Notes: generated by a model from the letters alone, not told the origin. DNA of 64,000 nt from Eubacteriales bacterium (GCA_045636465.1 JAZTXP010000064.1:354-64353), one strand, 5' to 3'. Shown: positions 10,725 through 21,283, counted from the first letter of the stretch. Numbers and translations: made by a program.

Positions 10725-12788
10725 TTACTCTGCGATGGGCGCTTCTGCCGACTCGGTAGGAGCTGTTGCCTCTTCGGGAGTAACGGTTGCTTCTTCGGGG
10801 GCCTCTGATATCGCTTCGGGGGAGATTTCGCCTGCGTCGGACGCTTCAGATTCTGCCTTTTCTGCTTCTTCTGCGGTAGGCTCGTTTACGCCGCCGTCAA
10901 GCTGCTTTTGCAGCTCGTTCTTTCGATACTGGAGCATATAGAGATCGTAGTATCTGCCGCGCTTTTCAAGAAGCTCAAAGTGATTGCCCTGCTCGATGAT
11001 CTCACCGTGGGAGAGGACTATGATATTATCCGCGTGCTGAATGGTGGAAAGCCTGTGGGCTACCATCAGCATTGTGCCGATGTTCATCATTTTCTCAAGA
11101 GAATCCTGGATAAGAAGCTCGGTTTCGGTATCGATATTTGCAGTTGCCTCGTCCAGGATCATTACAGAGGGCTTATGAACTATTGTTCTTGCAAAGGAGA
11201 GAAGCTGGCGCTGACCTGCGGAGAAGTTATTTCCGCGCTCGCGGACCTCCTCGTCAAGTCCGTTTTTCAGCTTGTTTATAAAGTGATCTGCGTTTACGTA
11301 CTTACAAGCCTCAACAAGCTCCTCGTCGGTAATGCTATCGTCGCGAAGAACGATATTGGAGCGGATAGTTCCCGAGAAGAGGAATACGTCCTGGAGCATC
11401 TGGCCGAAATGACGGCGCAGAGAGGAAATTTTAATATCTTTGATATTAATTCCGTCGATAAGGATCTCGCCCTTCTGGATATCGTAGTTACGGCAGATAA
11501 GTCCGAGGATGGTGGTCTTACCCGATCCGGTTGAGCCTACGAAGGCTACTGTCTGCTTTGCTTCAACCTTGAAGGAGACGTCCTTCAGCACCCATTCGCC
11601 GGGAATGTAGGAGAACCAAACGTTTCTGAACTCGATATCGCCACGTACCTCATCAAGCTCGATAGCATCGGGAGAGTCTACAACCTCGGGAGTCATATCC
11701 ATAATGGTGAAGATCTTCTCTGCCGAGGCCATTGCCGCCTGCAGACGGTTAAACTGCTCTGCCAGGTTCTGAATGGGGTTGAAGAACTTGTTTATGTACA
11801 TATAGAAGGAAACGAGAACGTTTGCCGTAATGCTTGCGCCAAGGAAGGGGATATCCTTGATGTAGCCAAGTCCCGCAAGGTAGAAGAGACACATTACCGA
11901 GGAGATATAGAGCATATAAACCACGGGACGGAATACGGAGAATACCATAATCTCCTTCTGTCTTGCGTTCTCGAGAGTTGAATTCTTCGCTGCAAACTCC
12001 GCCTTTTTCTGCTCTTCTCTATTAAAGATCTGAGTGATCTTAATACCCGAGAGGTTCTCGGAGAGGAAGGTGTTTATATCGGTGGTTCCGTCCTTAACCT
12101 TACGGTATGCGCGACGGGAGAACTTACGGAAAATAAGAGTGAATAAGAAGATGAAGGGAACGAAGCAAAGCACCATAAGGGTGAGCTGATAGTTAAGCAC
12201 CAGCATCGCCGAAAGAACGCCTATTACAACGAGGAAGTTCTTGATGAGGTTTACAAGAAGATGTGTAAACATCATAGAAATGGAGTTTGTATCGTTGGTT
12301 ACTCTGGTTACAAGCTTACCTACGGGAATGTGATTAAGCTGATTATGAGAGAGGCTCTCGATGTGAACGAAGATGTCCTCGCGGATAGCTGCCAGAATCT
12401 TCTGACCTATTGACTGAAGGAGGATTGCCTGGCAATAGGTGCATATCATAGAAACAATAAGAATGCTCGCATAAATTCCAACGCGAAGGAAAACGTCGTT
12501 CATCACGAAGCCCTCGGTCTGCACCAGCTTTACGATGTCACCCATAATAAGGGGAGAGATGATATCGTAGCAGATGGAGAAGGTCATAATGAGACCTACG
12601 AGAAGGAACTTTTTCCAGTGTGGCTTCACGTAAACGAACATACGCTTGATGATCTCGGAGTCCTTCATATTACGGTCAAAGCCGATGGCCTCCTTTTTGT
12701 CCTTCATAGTTGCGTATGCGATAATAAACGCTGTGGCGAAGAGGCCGGCGATGCCGCCAACCACTAAAAGAGGATAAAATTCGTACAT
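10725..12788 (-). CDS. Heterodimeric ABC exporter subunit (TMD+NBD, MdlB-like) with acidic tail
   Basis: GSTGSGKT, FSAGQRQ, ILDEAT. Confidence 0.93.
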   Translation of the reverse strand: MYEFYPLLVVGGIAGLFATAFIIAYATMKDKKEAIGFDRNMKDSEIIKRMFVYVKPHWKKFLLVGLIMTFSICYDIISPLIMGDIVKLVQTEGFVMNDVFLRVGIYASILIVSMICTYCQAILLQSIGQKILAAIREDIFVHIESLSHNQLNHIPVGKLVTRVTNDTNSISMMFTHLLVNLIKNFLVVIGVLSAMLVLNYQLTLMVLCFVPFIFLFTLIFRKFSRRAYRKVKDGTTDINTFLSENLSGIKITQIFNREEQKKAEFAAKNSTLENARQKEIMVFSVFRPVVYMLYISSVMCLFYLAGLGYIKDIPFLGASITANVLVSFYMYINKFFNPIQNLAEQFNRLQAAMASAEKIFTIMDMTPEVVDSPDAIELDEVRGDIEFRNVWFSYIPGEWVLKDVSFKVEAKQTVAFVGSTGSGKTTILGLICRNYDIQKGEILIDGINIKDIKISSLRRHFGQMLQDVFLFSGTIRSNIVLRDDSITDEELVEACKYVNADHFINKLKNGLDEEVRERGNNFSAGQRQLLSFARTIVHKPSVMILDEATANIDTETELLIQDSLEKMMNIGTMLMVAHRLSTIQHADNIIVLSHGEIIEQGNHFELLEKRGRYYDLYMLQYRKNELQKQLDGGVNEPTAEEAEKAESEASDAGEISPEAISEAPEEATVTPEEATAPTESAEAPIAE

Positions 12789-12791
12789 ATC

Positions 12792-14543
12792 TTATACCTC
12801 TCTTTCTTCCTCGAGCTTCTGAAGCTCGACCATAGTTTTGTAATCGGGGCAGGTGGCGATAAGCTCCTCGTGAGTACCAACCGCGCCGATCTTTCCGTCG
12901 TCTATGTAGATGATCTTGTCCATTTTCTCAACGGTAGAAATTCTGTGGGCAATGAGAATGGTGGTTCTGCCCTTGCGGTTCTCGCGGAGGTTATTGATAA
13001 TAACCTTCTCGGTATCGGTATCAACCGCGCTTACCGAGTCGTCGAGAATGAGGATAGAGGCTTCCTTATAGAGCGCTCTAGCAATGGAGATACGCTGCTT
13101 CTGTCCGCCCGAAACTGTAACGCCGCGCTCGCCGAGGACGGTTGCATAGCCCTCCTTGAAGCCCGAGATGTTTTCGTGAACGTCGCTCATCTTGGCAACG
13201 CGGATGATCTCGTCATCATCGCGCTTGTCCTCAGCGAAGGCAATATTGTTGCTGATAGTATCCGAGAAGAGGAAGTTATCCTGGGGAACATAGGCGGCAA
13301 ATTCGCGAAGATTCTTAATTGGAATTGTATTAACGTCGCGTCCGTCTACAAAGAGAGTTCCGTCGGGAACATTGTAAATTCGCAGGATTAAGTCAACTAT
13401 AGTTGTCTTTCCCGAGCCTGTTTTACCGATAATACCCACATTCTCGCCTGCGTTAATTTTGAAGGAAACGTCACGAAGAACGTCATAATCGGTGCCGGGA
13501 TATGTGAAGGTGAGGTTCTTGAATTCGATATCGCCGCGGATATACTCGATCTCCTCAACCCCCTCCTTGTCCACCACGTCAACCTCTGCATCAAGAAGGT
13601 CGGAGATACGCTTTAAGGACGCCTTGCCTCGGCTTGACATATCGATAAGCTGAGAGATGGCGATTACCGGCCATACTACCGAGCCGAAGTAGCCGTAGAA
13701 CTCAATAAGGTCGCCCGCGTTGAATACTCCTGTGTGAACAAGCCATCCGCCGTAACCGATGATGATACACATAACCGACTCAACGAAAAGGGTTACCGAA
13801 ATATGGAGCATTGTTGAGGTTCTGGTGAAATCAATATTAGCATCCTCATTTTCTTTATTGAGCTTCTTGAATGCCCAAAGCTCGCGGAATTCCTTAACGA
13901 AGGCCTTTACAACAGCGATACCCGAGAAGTTCTCCTGGGTGAAATCGGAAAGATTGGAGAACGCCTGCTGACGGGCATCCCACTTTTTCATCATGGTCTT
14001 GCCTACTATGGTTCCAATAAGAAACATAAAGAACATGGGGATAAGAGAAAGAAGGGTGAGCTGCCAGCTCTTGATAGCCATATTGTATATTGCGATACCG
14101 CCGAGAAGAAGGGCGTCGAATACCATCAATACACCGTCGCCGAAGCATTCGTTGATGGTTTCAAGATCGGCTGTGAAAAGCGACATAAGGTTACCGACCT
14201 TATTCACCTGATAATACTGCTGGGAAAGATCCTTGCAGCGGTCAAACATCTTAAGACGAAGATCCGCTTCAACCTTGATGGCAGAGCCGAAAAGGCATAC
14301 TCGCCAAAGGAATCTGCCGAATGCCATCAGAAGAATGATCTCGATCATAGGCGCGCAGACATTCTCTAAAAGATATGTCATATCAAAGCCCTCTATCTTG
14401 CCGTCAAGTCCGTTTACCATAAGATTATAGAGCTTCGGGATCTTGAGCTGGTTGTAGTCAACGATCAAAAGTGCAAGAACGCCCAGGAGAAGGGCAGGTA
14501 GATGCTTTAAGTAATAGCGATTTATGTGTTTACCAAAAATCAT
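12792..14543 (-). CDS. Heterodimeric ABC exporter subunit (MdlA-like, degenerate site)
   Basis: GKTGSGKT, VSGGQKQR, ILDDS. Confidence 0.93.
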   Translation of the reverse strand: MIFGKHINRYYLKHLPALLLGVLALLIVDYNQLKIPKLYNLMVNGLDGKIEGFDMTYLLENVCAPMIEIILLMAFGRFLWRVCLFGSAIKVEADLRLKMFDRCKDLSQQYYQVNKVGNLMSLFTADLETINECFGDGVLMVFDALLLGGIAIYNMAIKSWQLTLLSLIPMFFMFLIGTIVGKTMMKKWDARQQAFSNLSDFTQENFSGIAVVKAFVKEFRELWAFKKLNKENEDANIDFTRTSTMLHISVTLFVESVMCIIIGYGGWLVHTGVFNAGDLIEFYGYFGSVVWPVIAISQLIDMSSRGKASLKRISDLLDAEVDVVDKEGVEEIEYIRGDIEFKNLTFTYPGTDYDVLRDVSFKINAGENVGIIGKTGSGKTTIVDLILRIYNVPDGTLFVDGRDVNTIPIKNLREFAAYVPQDNFLFSDTISNNIAFAEDKRDDDEIIRVAKMSDVHENISGFKEGYATVLGERGVTVSGGQKQRISIARALYKEASILILDDSVSAVDTDTEKVIINNLRENRKGRTTILIAHRISTVEKMDKIIYIDDGKIGAVGTHEELIATCPDYKTMVELQKLEEEREV

Positions 14544-14684
14544 ACTTACCTCCTAAAAATAAAAATACTAAAACCTATTCTACCACATTTATAGTGAATA
14601 ATCAATACTTTTGTTGATTTTTTCTTAAAATATTTACAGTTTTTTATTGTTTTAATTGATAAAATATGTTATACTGTAGGTGTA

Positions 14685-14716
14685 TTAAATCTAACTTAAG
14701 GTATTTATGATAAAAT
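14685..14716 (+). promoter_or_regulatory. Putative OmpR-family autoregulatory box plus extended -10
   Basis: TTAAAT-N5-TTAAGG (11-bp period) 9 nt upstream of the TAAAAT hexamer of TGaTAAAAT. Confidence 0.45.
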
Positions 14717-14750
14717 CTTAAGAAAACACCTATCCAGAAAGGGGTAATTT

Positions 14751-15419
14751 ATGAGACTTTTACTTTGCGAGGACGAGCGTTCACTTTCCCGTGCGATCGT
14801 CACAATTCTAGAAAAGAGCAACTACTCTGTTGATGCCGTTTACGATGGCGAGGAGGCTCTTGAATATGCGGGTACGGGAAATTACGACGGTATTATCCTG
14901 GACCTTATGATGCCAAAGCTTGACGGTATGACCGTTCTTAAGACTATAAGAGAAAAGGGCGATTCCACCCCCGTTCTCATCCTCTCGGCAAAGAGCGAGA
15001 TCGAAAATAAGGTTGACGGCCTCGACGCGGGCGCAAACGATTATCTGACAAAGCCCTTTGAGGTAAGAGAGCTTCTTGCGAGAATCAGGGCTATGACAAG
15101 AAGCATTGGCGAGCAGGTAGACTCTACCCTCTCCTTCGGCAACGTTAAGCTTGATTGCACCAACTACACCCTTCGTACCGAGAGCGGATCTACTTCTCTT
15201 GCCAACAAGGAGTTCCAGGTTATGGAGATGCTTATGCGCCACCCCAGCCACCTTATCTCCACCGAGAAGTTTATGGAGCGCATCTGGGGCTACGACAGCG
15301 ATACCGAAATTAACGTAGTTTGGGTATATATTTCCTATCTTCGAAAGAAGCTTGCAAACATAGGCGCGGACATTCGCATTATGGCTCACAGAGGCACGGG
15401 CTACTCTCTCGAAAAGTAA
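14751..15419 (+). CDS. OmpR/PhoB family response regulator
   Basis: CEDE, LDLMMP, DYLTKPF, VYISYLRKKL, RGTGY. Confidence 0.95.
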   Translation: MRLLLCEDERSLSRAIVTILEKSNYSVDAVYDGEEALEYAGTGNYDGIILDLMMPKLDGMTVLKTIREKGDSTPVLILSAKSEIENKVDGLDAGANDYLTKPFEVRELLARIRAMTRSIGEQVDSTLSFGNVKLDCTNYTLRTESGSTSLANKEFQVMEMLMRHPSHLISTEKFMERIWGYDSDTEINVVWVYISYLRKKLANIGADIRIMAHRGTGYSLEK

Positions 15420-15431
15420 GGAATCGGAAAA

Positions 15432-16883
15432 ATGATACGACAACTGAGAAAGCGAGTGGTAATCTCGGCGATGATCTCCTGCACGGCGGTGCTTCTTCTT
15501 ATAATCGGAGTCATTAACGTGTTGAACTATCACAGTATAGTCAGGGATGCCGACGAGATCCTCGAAATACTTGACGAAAATGACGGAGAATTTCCGAAGG
15601 ACATCTCCGGCACTCCAAACAATCCCATCGAGGGCATTCTCGGTACTCCCGAGGCGCCATACGAAACAAGATTCTTCACTCTTCTTCATAACGGCCAGGT
15701 CTTCACCCGGGTAGATACCGACAATATCAGCGCGGTTAACGATGAGATGGCCATATCCCTTGGCGAGCAGGTGCTGAAGATCAAAAGGGATAACGGCTTC
15801 GTTTACCTGCTCAACGGCGTTTACCGTTTCTATAAGGGCGAAGGCGAAGGAGGAATGCGCATCACCTTCTTAGACTGTACCAGGACGCTGCAGAACTACT
15901 ATACCTTTATGGCGCTGAGTATTGCTATCTCGGCGGCGAGCCTTCTGGCAATATGTATAATGATGGTCATATTCGCCACCAAGATAATCTCTCCCATAGC
16001 CGAGAGCTATGAGAAGCAGAAGCGCTTCATCACCGATGCGGGACACGATATAAAGACACCCATCACCATTATTGATGCAGACCGCGAGATCTTAGAGATG
16101 GACATTGGCGAGAACGAATGGCTTGACGATATAAAGAGGCAGACCAAGAGGCTCACCAAGCTGACAAACGATCTGATATATCTCTCCAGAATGGAGGAGG
16201 GTACCGACATAAAGGAGCTGTCCACCTTCTCTATCTCCACCGTTTGCCATGAGGAGGCCGATTCCTTTTCCGCGGTGGCATTAAAGCGCGGCATCGTGAT
16301 CAAGGACGAGATCGAAGGGGGCATTGATATTAACGGCTCGGAGGAGGATGTAAGAAAGCTTCTTGCCATCCTCTTTGACAATGCTATAAAGTATGCAGAA
16401 GAGGGCTCACAGATCGGCATCAGAACGGTAAGACACGGAAGATTCGTTACTGTTACTATCTCCAACCTTGCCGAAAATGTGACCGAGGAGCAGACGAAGA
16501 GAATGTTTGACCGCTTCTACCGCGCGGACTCATCGAGAGCCTCAAGCGGCGGATTCGGAATCGGACTTGCAATGGCGCAGGCTATCGTTACCTCCCATAA
16601 CGGAAGGATCTACGCAGAGCTTTCGGATGATCACATCTTAAGCATCTCCGCTTCCTTCCCCACACAGTACGGATCATTCAGGCTGATAACCAATTTTGCA
16701 GAAAAACAGCCTAAAAATGTAAATAATAATTCACAAAATATTAAAAATTCCACAAAAGATACAACAGACTCCGAAAATGATGTTGCCGAGAAAGGTGACA
16801 TTGATCTCCCCAATAATACAGGAGAAAACAGCGAGGAACATTCTTTTGAAAATGACGCCGGAGAGAACGGAGGCGAGGGGTGA
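15432..16883 (+). CDS. Sensor histidine kinase (2 TM, HisKA, HATPase)
   Basis: FITDAGHDIKTP H-box, DNAIKY, FDRFYR, GFGIGL. Confidence 0.93.
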   Translation: MIRQLRKRVVISAMISCTAVLLLIIGVINVLNYHSIVRDADEILEILDENDGEFPKDISGTPNNPIEGILGTPEAPYETRFFTLLHNGQVFTRVDTDNISAVNDEMAISLGEQVLKIKRDNGFVYLLNGVYRFYKGEGEGGMRITFLDCTRTLQNYYTFMALSIAISAASLLAICIMMVIFATKIISPIAESYEKQKRFITDAGHDIKTPITIIDADREILEMDIGENEWLDDIKRQTKRLTKLTNDLIYLSRMEEGTDIKELSTFSISTVCHEEADSFSAVALKRGIVIKDEIEGGIDINGSEEDVRKLLAILFDNAIKYAEEGSQIGIRTVRHGRFVTVTISNLAENVTEEQTKRMFDRFYRADSSRASSGGFGIGLAMAQAIVTSHNGRIYAELSDDHILSISASFPTQYGSFRLITNFAEKQPKNVNNNSQNIKNSTKDTTDSENDVAEKGDIDLPNNTGENSEEHSFENDAGENGGEG

Positions 16884-16884
16884 T

Positions 16885-18165
16885 ATGATTTCAGAGAAAA
16901 CTAAAGAGGCTTATATCGCCATCCTCCGCGAGGAGCTTGTTCCCGCTATGGGATGCACAGAGCCAATCGCCATTGCCTTCGCCTCGGCAATTCTCCGCGA
17001 TGCTCTGGGCGCTGAGCCGGAAAAGCTCCACGCCAGCTTCAGCGGTAACATAATCAAAAACGTAAAAAGCGTTATAGTTCCCTGCACCGGCGGAAAGCAC
17101 GGTATTGAATCTGCCCTTGCGGCGGGCATTATTTCGGGCAAGCCCGAGATGCGCCTTGAGGTTTTGCAGGCGCTGGACGAGGTGGCGGGCGAGGCTATCG
17201 ATGCTTTCCTCGGAAGATGTAAAATACAGATCGAAGAGATCCCTTCGGGTTGTGCCTTTGAGCTTTGTCTTGTAGGCTCGGCGGGCGAGACCAGGGCTGA
17301 GGTAAGGATTCTCGGCGCGCACACAAACGTTACTCACGTGGATAAAAACGGCGATGATCTCACCGAAAAATATTCTCTGGGCAAGGTGGTGGAAAACACC
17401 TATTATCGGGTAGACAGATCCTGCCTGAACGTAGAGGATATCGTTAAATTTGCAGAAACGGTGAATATTTCAGAGGTTGCGGAGCTTCTCCGCTCACAGC
17501 TGGAGATGAATATGGCTATCGCCAAGGAAGGGCTCACAAACAATTGGGGCGCATCCATCGGAAAGCTGCTTATGGAGGGGGAGAATACCCTTTCAAGAAG
17601 GGCGAGAGCCCACGCGGCTGCCGGTTCTGATGCGAGAATGAGCGGCTGTGAGCTTCCCGTGTGCATTATTTCCGGAAGTGGAAATCAGGGCATCACCGCC
17701 TCTGTTCCGGTGAAGATCTACGCAGATGAAATGGGCGCATCCGAGGAGGAGCTTCTTCGCGCCCTTCTGGTCTCCGACCTTATAACTATCCATCAGAAAA
17801 ACGGCATCGGAACTCTCTCTGCCTATTGCGGAGCAGTCAGCGCAGGCGTTGGAGCAGGCGCAGGTATCTGCTATCTCCACGGCGGAAGATATTACGAGAT
17901 CGCACATACCCTTGTGAATGCGGTTGCTATAATTTCGGGTACTATCTGCGACGGAGCAAAACCCTCCTGCGCGGCAAAGATCGCCATGGCGGTTGAAGCG
18001 GGCATTATGGGATTTGAAATGGCAAGGTCGGGCAGACAGTTCCTCGGCGGCGACGGCATCGTAACTAAGGGCGTTGAGAACACCATAAGAAACGTTGGTC
18101 GCCTTGCACGCGAGGGCATGGCAGAAACCGATAGAGAAATTATCAGCATTATGCTGGGCAAATAA
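16885..18165 (+). CDS. YhaM/CyuA-like L-cysteine desulfidase (UPF0597, serine dehydratase alpha-like)
   Basis: PAMGCTEP, AAGSDARMSG, SGSGNQG, LSAYCG, CDGAKPSCAAK. Confidence 0.85.
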   Translation: MISEKTKEAYIAILREELVPAMGCTEPIAIAFASAILRDALGAEPEKLHASFSGNIIKNVKSVIVPCTGGKHGIESALAAGIISGKPEMRLEVLQALDEVAGEAIDAFLGRCKIQIEEIPSGCAFELCLVGSAGETRAEVRILGAHTNVTHVDKNGDDLTEKYSLGKVVENTYYRVDRSCLNVEDIVKFAETVNISEVAELLRSQLEMNMAIAKEGLTNNWGASIGKLLMEGENTLSRRARAHAAAGSDARMSGCELPVCIISGSGNQGITASVPVKIYADEMGASEEELLRALLVSDLITIHQKNGIGTLSAYCGAVSAGVGAGAGICYLHGGRYYEIAHTLVNAVAIISGTICDGAKPSCAAKIAMAVEAGIMGFEMARSGRQFLGGDGIVTKGVENTIRNVGRLAREGMAETDREIISIMLGK

Positions 18166-18189
18166 GCATTCTTCTTCAGTCAGAACGCA

Positions 18190-18292
18190 TCGATATAAAT
18201 CCCCGATGGGGATTTTCGATATGCTTTGCTATTGAAGCAAAGCTCTATATGCGCTTCTAACAAAGCGCACGATATGTTTGCTTTGCAAACGA
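18190..18292 (+). repeat. Array of four CGATAT-led hairpins
   Basis: C(G/T)ATAT at 18191, 18217, 18245 and 18270, each followed by a different palindrome. Confidence 0.75.
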
Positions 18293-18304
18293 GTTGATTA
18301 CTCT

Positions 18305-18348
18305 AAAAAAGCAAGAGCTGAGGGCAACACCTTTAGCTCTTGCTTTTT
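18305..18348. terminator. Bidirectional intrinsic terminator
   Basis: AAAAAAGCAAGAGCT...AGCTCTTGCTTTTT between convergent genes. Confidence 0.8.
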
Positions 18349-18484
18349 GCATAAATCGCTATTTTTGAAAAGTTTAGTTTGTAAATTCGCGGTTTTTAGA
18401 CATTTTAGCGGCTTACTACACTCTGATCATATTTTCAGAAACAAGCATTACGAGCATAGGCAAACTGCTTTTTGAGATCTCTTT

Positions 18485-19147
18485 TTACTTGAAGGATGGG
18501 GCGTGGGTCTCTCCCGTCGCAAAGGTATTCGGGCCGGGATTGGATAAAGAAAAATACATTTTCGCAGCCTTGGTCGTACCGAAATCGCGGTTAGAGCCGC
18601 TTTGTTGCACCTTGTTGAAGGCATCGCGGAACATTTGGTTGTGGGCTTCCTCTCGGTTCAGAAGGAAATCAATGGTTTCTCTCACCTTCTTATCCTCGAT
18701 CTGGCGATAGAGATACTCGTAAACCACCTTGGCTCTCTGCTCGGATGCGATATTGGATAAGAGATCGGCGCATAAGTCACCCGTGACGGTAACGTAATCT
18801 CCCGTCCAGGAATAGCCCGAGGAATTGATGAGACCGGGATTGAGCCCAAGCAGAACGTGGGTCTGCACCTCGCCCGCCTGCACTTTAGTTACGTCTACGT
18901 CGTGGCCGTTAAGCAGATTAATGGTCTGGGCTACCATTTCCATGTGGCCAAGCTCCTCAGCGGCAATATCCAGAAAAAGATCCTTGATCTCGGGATCCTT
19001 GATGCGGAAGCTTTGTGACATATACTGCATTGCCGCCTTCAATTCTCCGTTGCCGCCGCCAAGCTGCTCCTGCAAAAGAACCGCATACTGCGGATTAGGT
19101 CTTTCTACCTCTACCGGGTGAAATAGCATTTTTTCGTGTTTGAACAT
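18485..19147 (-). CDS. Manganese catalase family protein
   Basis: EQLGGGNGELKAAMQY, DIAAEELGHMEM, NIASEQRA, REEAH. Confidence 0.92.
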   Translation of the reverse strand: MFKHEKMLFHPVEVERPNPQYAVLLQEQLGGGNGELKAAMQYMSQSFRIKDPEIKDLFLDIAAEELGHMEMVAQTINLLNGHDVDVTKVQAGEVQTHVLLGLNPGLINSSGYSWTGDYVTVTGDLCADLLSNIASEQRAKVVYEYLYRQIEDKKVRETIDFLLNREEAHNQMFRDAFNKVQQSGSNRDFGTTKAAKMYFSLSNPGPNTFATGETHAPSFK

Positions 19148-19175
19148 ATTATACCTCCTTTTTGGGTTTCACTAC

Positions 19176-19205
19176 TAGTATTGCCCTAAAGAAGGAAAAA
19201 TATGT
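19176..19205 (-). promoter_or_regulatory. Putative forespore sigma-F/G type promoter
   Basis: ACATA-N15-GGCAATACTA on the minus strand upstream of the Mn catalase. Confidence 0.45.
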
Positions 19206-19370
19206 TTATTAAAATACAAAAAAATGAGGGCTAACAGCATTTTGACCCATCAGCTCTCATTAATCGTTGTGGCTTAATCCTAAAAATTGTGGCGAATTTG
19301 AGAATATATGTTTACATTAATCTATATTTTCTGCATCCGATTAATTATTTGATTTTGCTTGTATATTTTT

Positions 19371-19802
19371 TCAGAGGAGCTTATCTATTTCACCCTCGCA
19401 AAAGACCTCTATGCCGCGGGCAATGAGGTACTCGGCGGTGACGCCGTTACCGTCGGTGAGTGTGCCTGTGAAGCTGCCGTCGTAGATTTTGCCCTTGCCG
19501 CAGGAGGGGCTTTTTTCTTTCAGTAGCGCCTTTTTGCAGCCAAGCTCCAGGCACAGCTCATATGCCGCCTTTGCGCCGCGGAGATAGTTTTCGGTAACGT
19601 CACGTCCGTCCTTCATCACGGTTTTATCTCCCTGCCTTTCGCTGGGAGTTCTGGGGGTGGGGAGTCCGCCGTAGATCTCAGGGCAGACGGGAATGAGATT
19701 ATATTTTTCACGGAGAGCGCTGACGTCAACCGCCTTTACGCTCCTTCCGTCATACCTGCAGGGGATGCCCAAAAGGCAGGCGCTTATAAGTAAATTTTCC
19801 AT
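19371..19802 (-). CDS. DUF523 family (2-thiouracil desulfurase TudS-like)
   Basis: SACLLGIPCRYDG, CPEIYGGLPTPR, KEKSPSCG, GNGVTA. Confidence 0.9.
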   Translation of the reverse strand: MENLLISACLLGIPCRYDGRSVKAVDVSALREKYNLIPVCPEIYGGLPTPRTPSERQGDKTVMKDGRDVTENYLRGAKAAYELCLELGCKKALLKEKSPSCGKGKIYDGSFTGTLTDGNGVTAEYLIARGIEVFCEGEIDKLL

Positions 19803-19909
19803 TGTTTCTCCTTTTTTTGTTTATTCCTCGTAGGATCGATGTCCTATTTTAACGTGTTGGAGAGGCTTTTCAGCCTTGATTTTTTTAATTTATATGACCG
19901 AAGCGGCTG

Positions 19910-21283
19910 TTATTCCTCGTGGGACTTGATAAGCCTGTTTTTCACGTCCTCAAGATCCCCTGCACCCATAACGATGATGGTGCCATAGGTATGGAGATCC
20001 ACCGCCTGTATCACATCTCTGTCGGTGGCATATATGGCGCGAGGGCCGATTGATTTCGCCAGATTCTCAGAGGTAACGCCGGGGATGGGATTTTCCCTGG
20101 CGGGGTAAATGTCGGTGATTATGATATGATCTGCAAGCTCCAGGGCAGATCTGAATTCTCGCCAGAAATATTCGGTGCGGGAGAAGGTATGTGGCTTGAA
20201 AATTACCGTTACCTCTCCGGGATATGCCATTTTCACAGTATTGATAGAGGCGCGCACCTCGGTTGGGTGGTGGGCGTAATCGTAGATAACCTCTCTGCCG
20301 TGATGTGTTCCCACCCGTTCAAGGCGGCGAGATATACCTCCAAAGCCACGCAACGCTTCAACAATTACAGGTACCTTTATTCCGCATTCTATTGCGACGA
20401 TCACCGCCGCAGAGGCGTTGACCACGTTAAACGCGCCGATAATGGGAAGCCTGAAGATTCCAAGCGTTTTTCCTCTTCTCTTTACCGAGAAGCTGTAGCC
20501 CACGTCGGAGAAGGAAATTATGCTATAGGAATAGTCTGACTCCTCCTTTGAGCTGAAGGTGATGAGCCTGGATGTAATTTTTTTCTTTATCTTAAAGAGA
20601 TTTTCATCGTCCTCATTGAGCAGGACAAAATCTGTAGCCTTGGAAAGGGCGGCGGCGAACGAGCCCTTCAGGCTCTTTTCATCCTTATAGTAGTCCACGT
20701 GATCCATCTCCATGTTAAGGGCTACTGCAATAGTTGGCGCGAACATACGGAAGGCATCCTTATACTCGCAAGCCTCGTATATGAGAGTTTCCTTGCCGCC
20801 CACACGAAGGGGAGAATCGGTCTTTGGAAGGTCCTCGCCCGCAAGGGTGGTCTGGTTCTTGCCTGCCATGGTGAATATGGCGTCCAGCATTGCCGTTGTG
20901 GTGCTTTTACCGTGAGTGCCGGAAATTCCTATCCTTGAGCCATATTCCGTCATAATTCCGCCGAGAAAGCTGGCTCTGGTAACGGCGGGAATGCCGTATT
21001 TCTTAGCGGCGTTAAGCTCGGGATTTCCCTCGGAGATCGCGCCGGAATAGATAATAAGATCTGCATCGGCGGGAAGATTCTCCGCACTATGGCCTGCAGA
21101 TATCTTCGCTCCCATATTAGCAAGAATGTGGGTGCGTTCTCCAAGATCGCGGTCGCTTCCGCTGACGCGAGCGCCGGAAATCAAAGCGAGGGCGGCGAGG
21201 GATGCCATGGATACACCGCCTATACCCACAAAATGCAGCTTTTTTTCGGATATAGAGAATATTTGCTCGTTTTTATTAGGCAT
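19910..21283 (-). CDS. murC: UDP-N-acetylmuramate--L-alanine ligase
   Basis: GIGGVSM, GTHGKSTTT, EACEY, DYAHHPTE; divergent from spoVG. Confidence 0.92.
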   Translation of the reverse strand: MPNKNEQIFSISEKKLHFVGIGGVSMASLAALALISGARVSGSDRDLGERTHILANMGAKISAGHSAENLPADADLIIYSGAISEGNPELNAAKKYGIPAVTRASFLGGIMTEYGSRIGISGTHGKSTTTAMLDAIFTMAGKNQTTLAGEDLPKTDSPLRVGGKETLIYEACEYKDAFRMFAPTIAVALNMEMDHVDYYKDEKSLKGSFAAALSKATDFVLLNEDDENLFKIKKKITSRLITFSSKEESDYSYSIISFSDVGYSFSVKRRGKTLGIFRLPIIGAFNVVNASAAVIVAIECGIKVPVIVEALRGFGGISRRLERVGTHHGREVIYDYAHHPTEVRASINTVKMAYPGEVTVIFKPHTFSRTEYFWREFRSALELADHIIITDIYPARENPIPGVTSENLAKSIGPRAIYATDRDVIQAVDLHTYGTIIVMGAGDLEDVKNRLIKSHEE

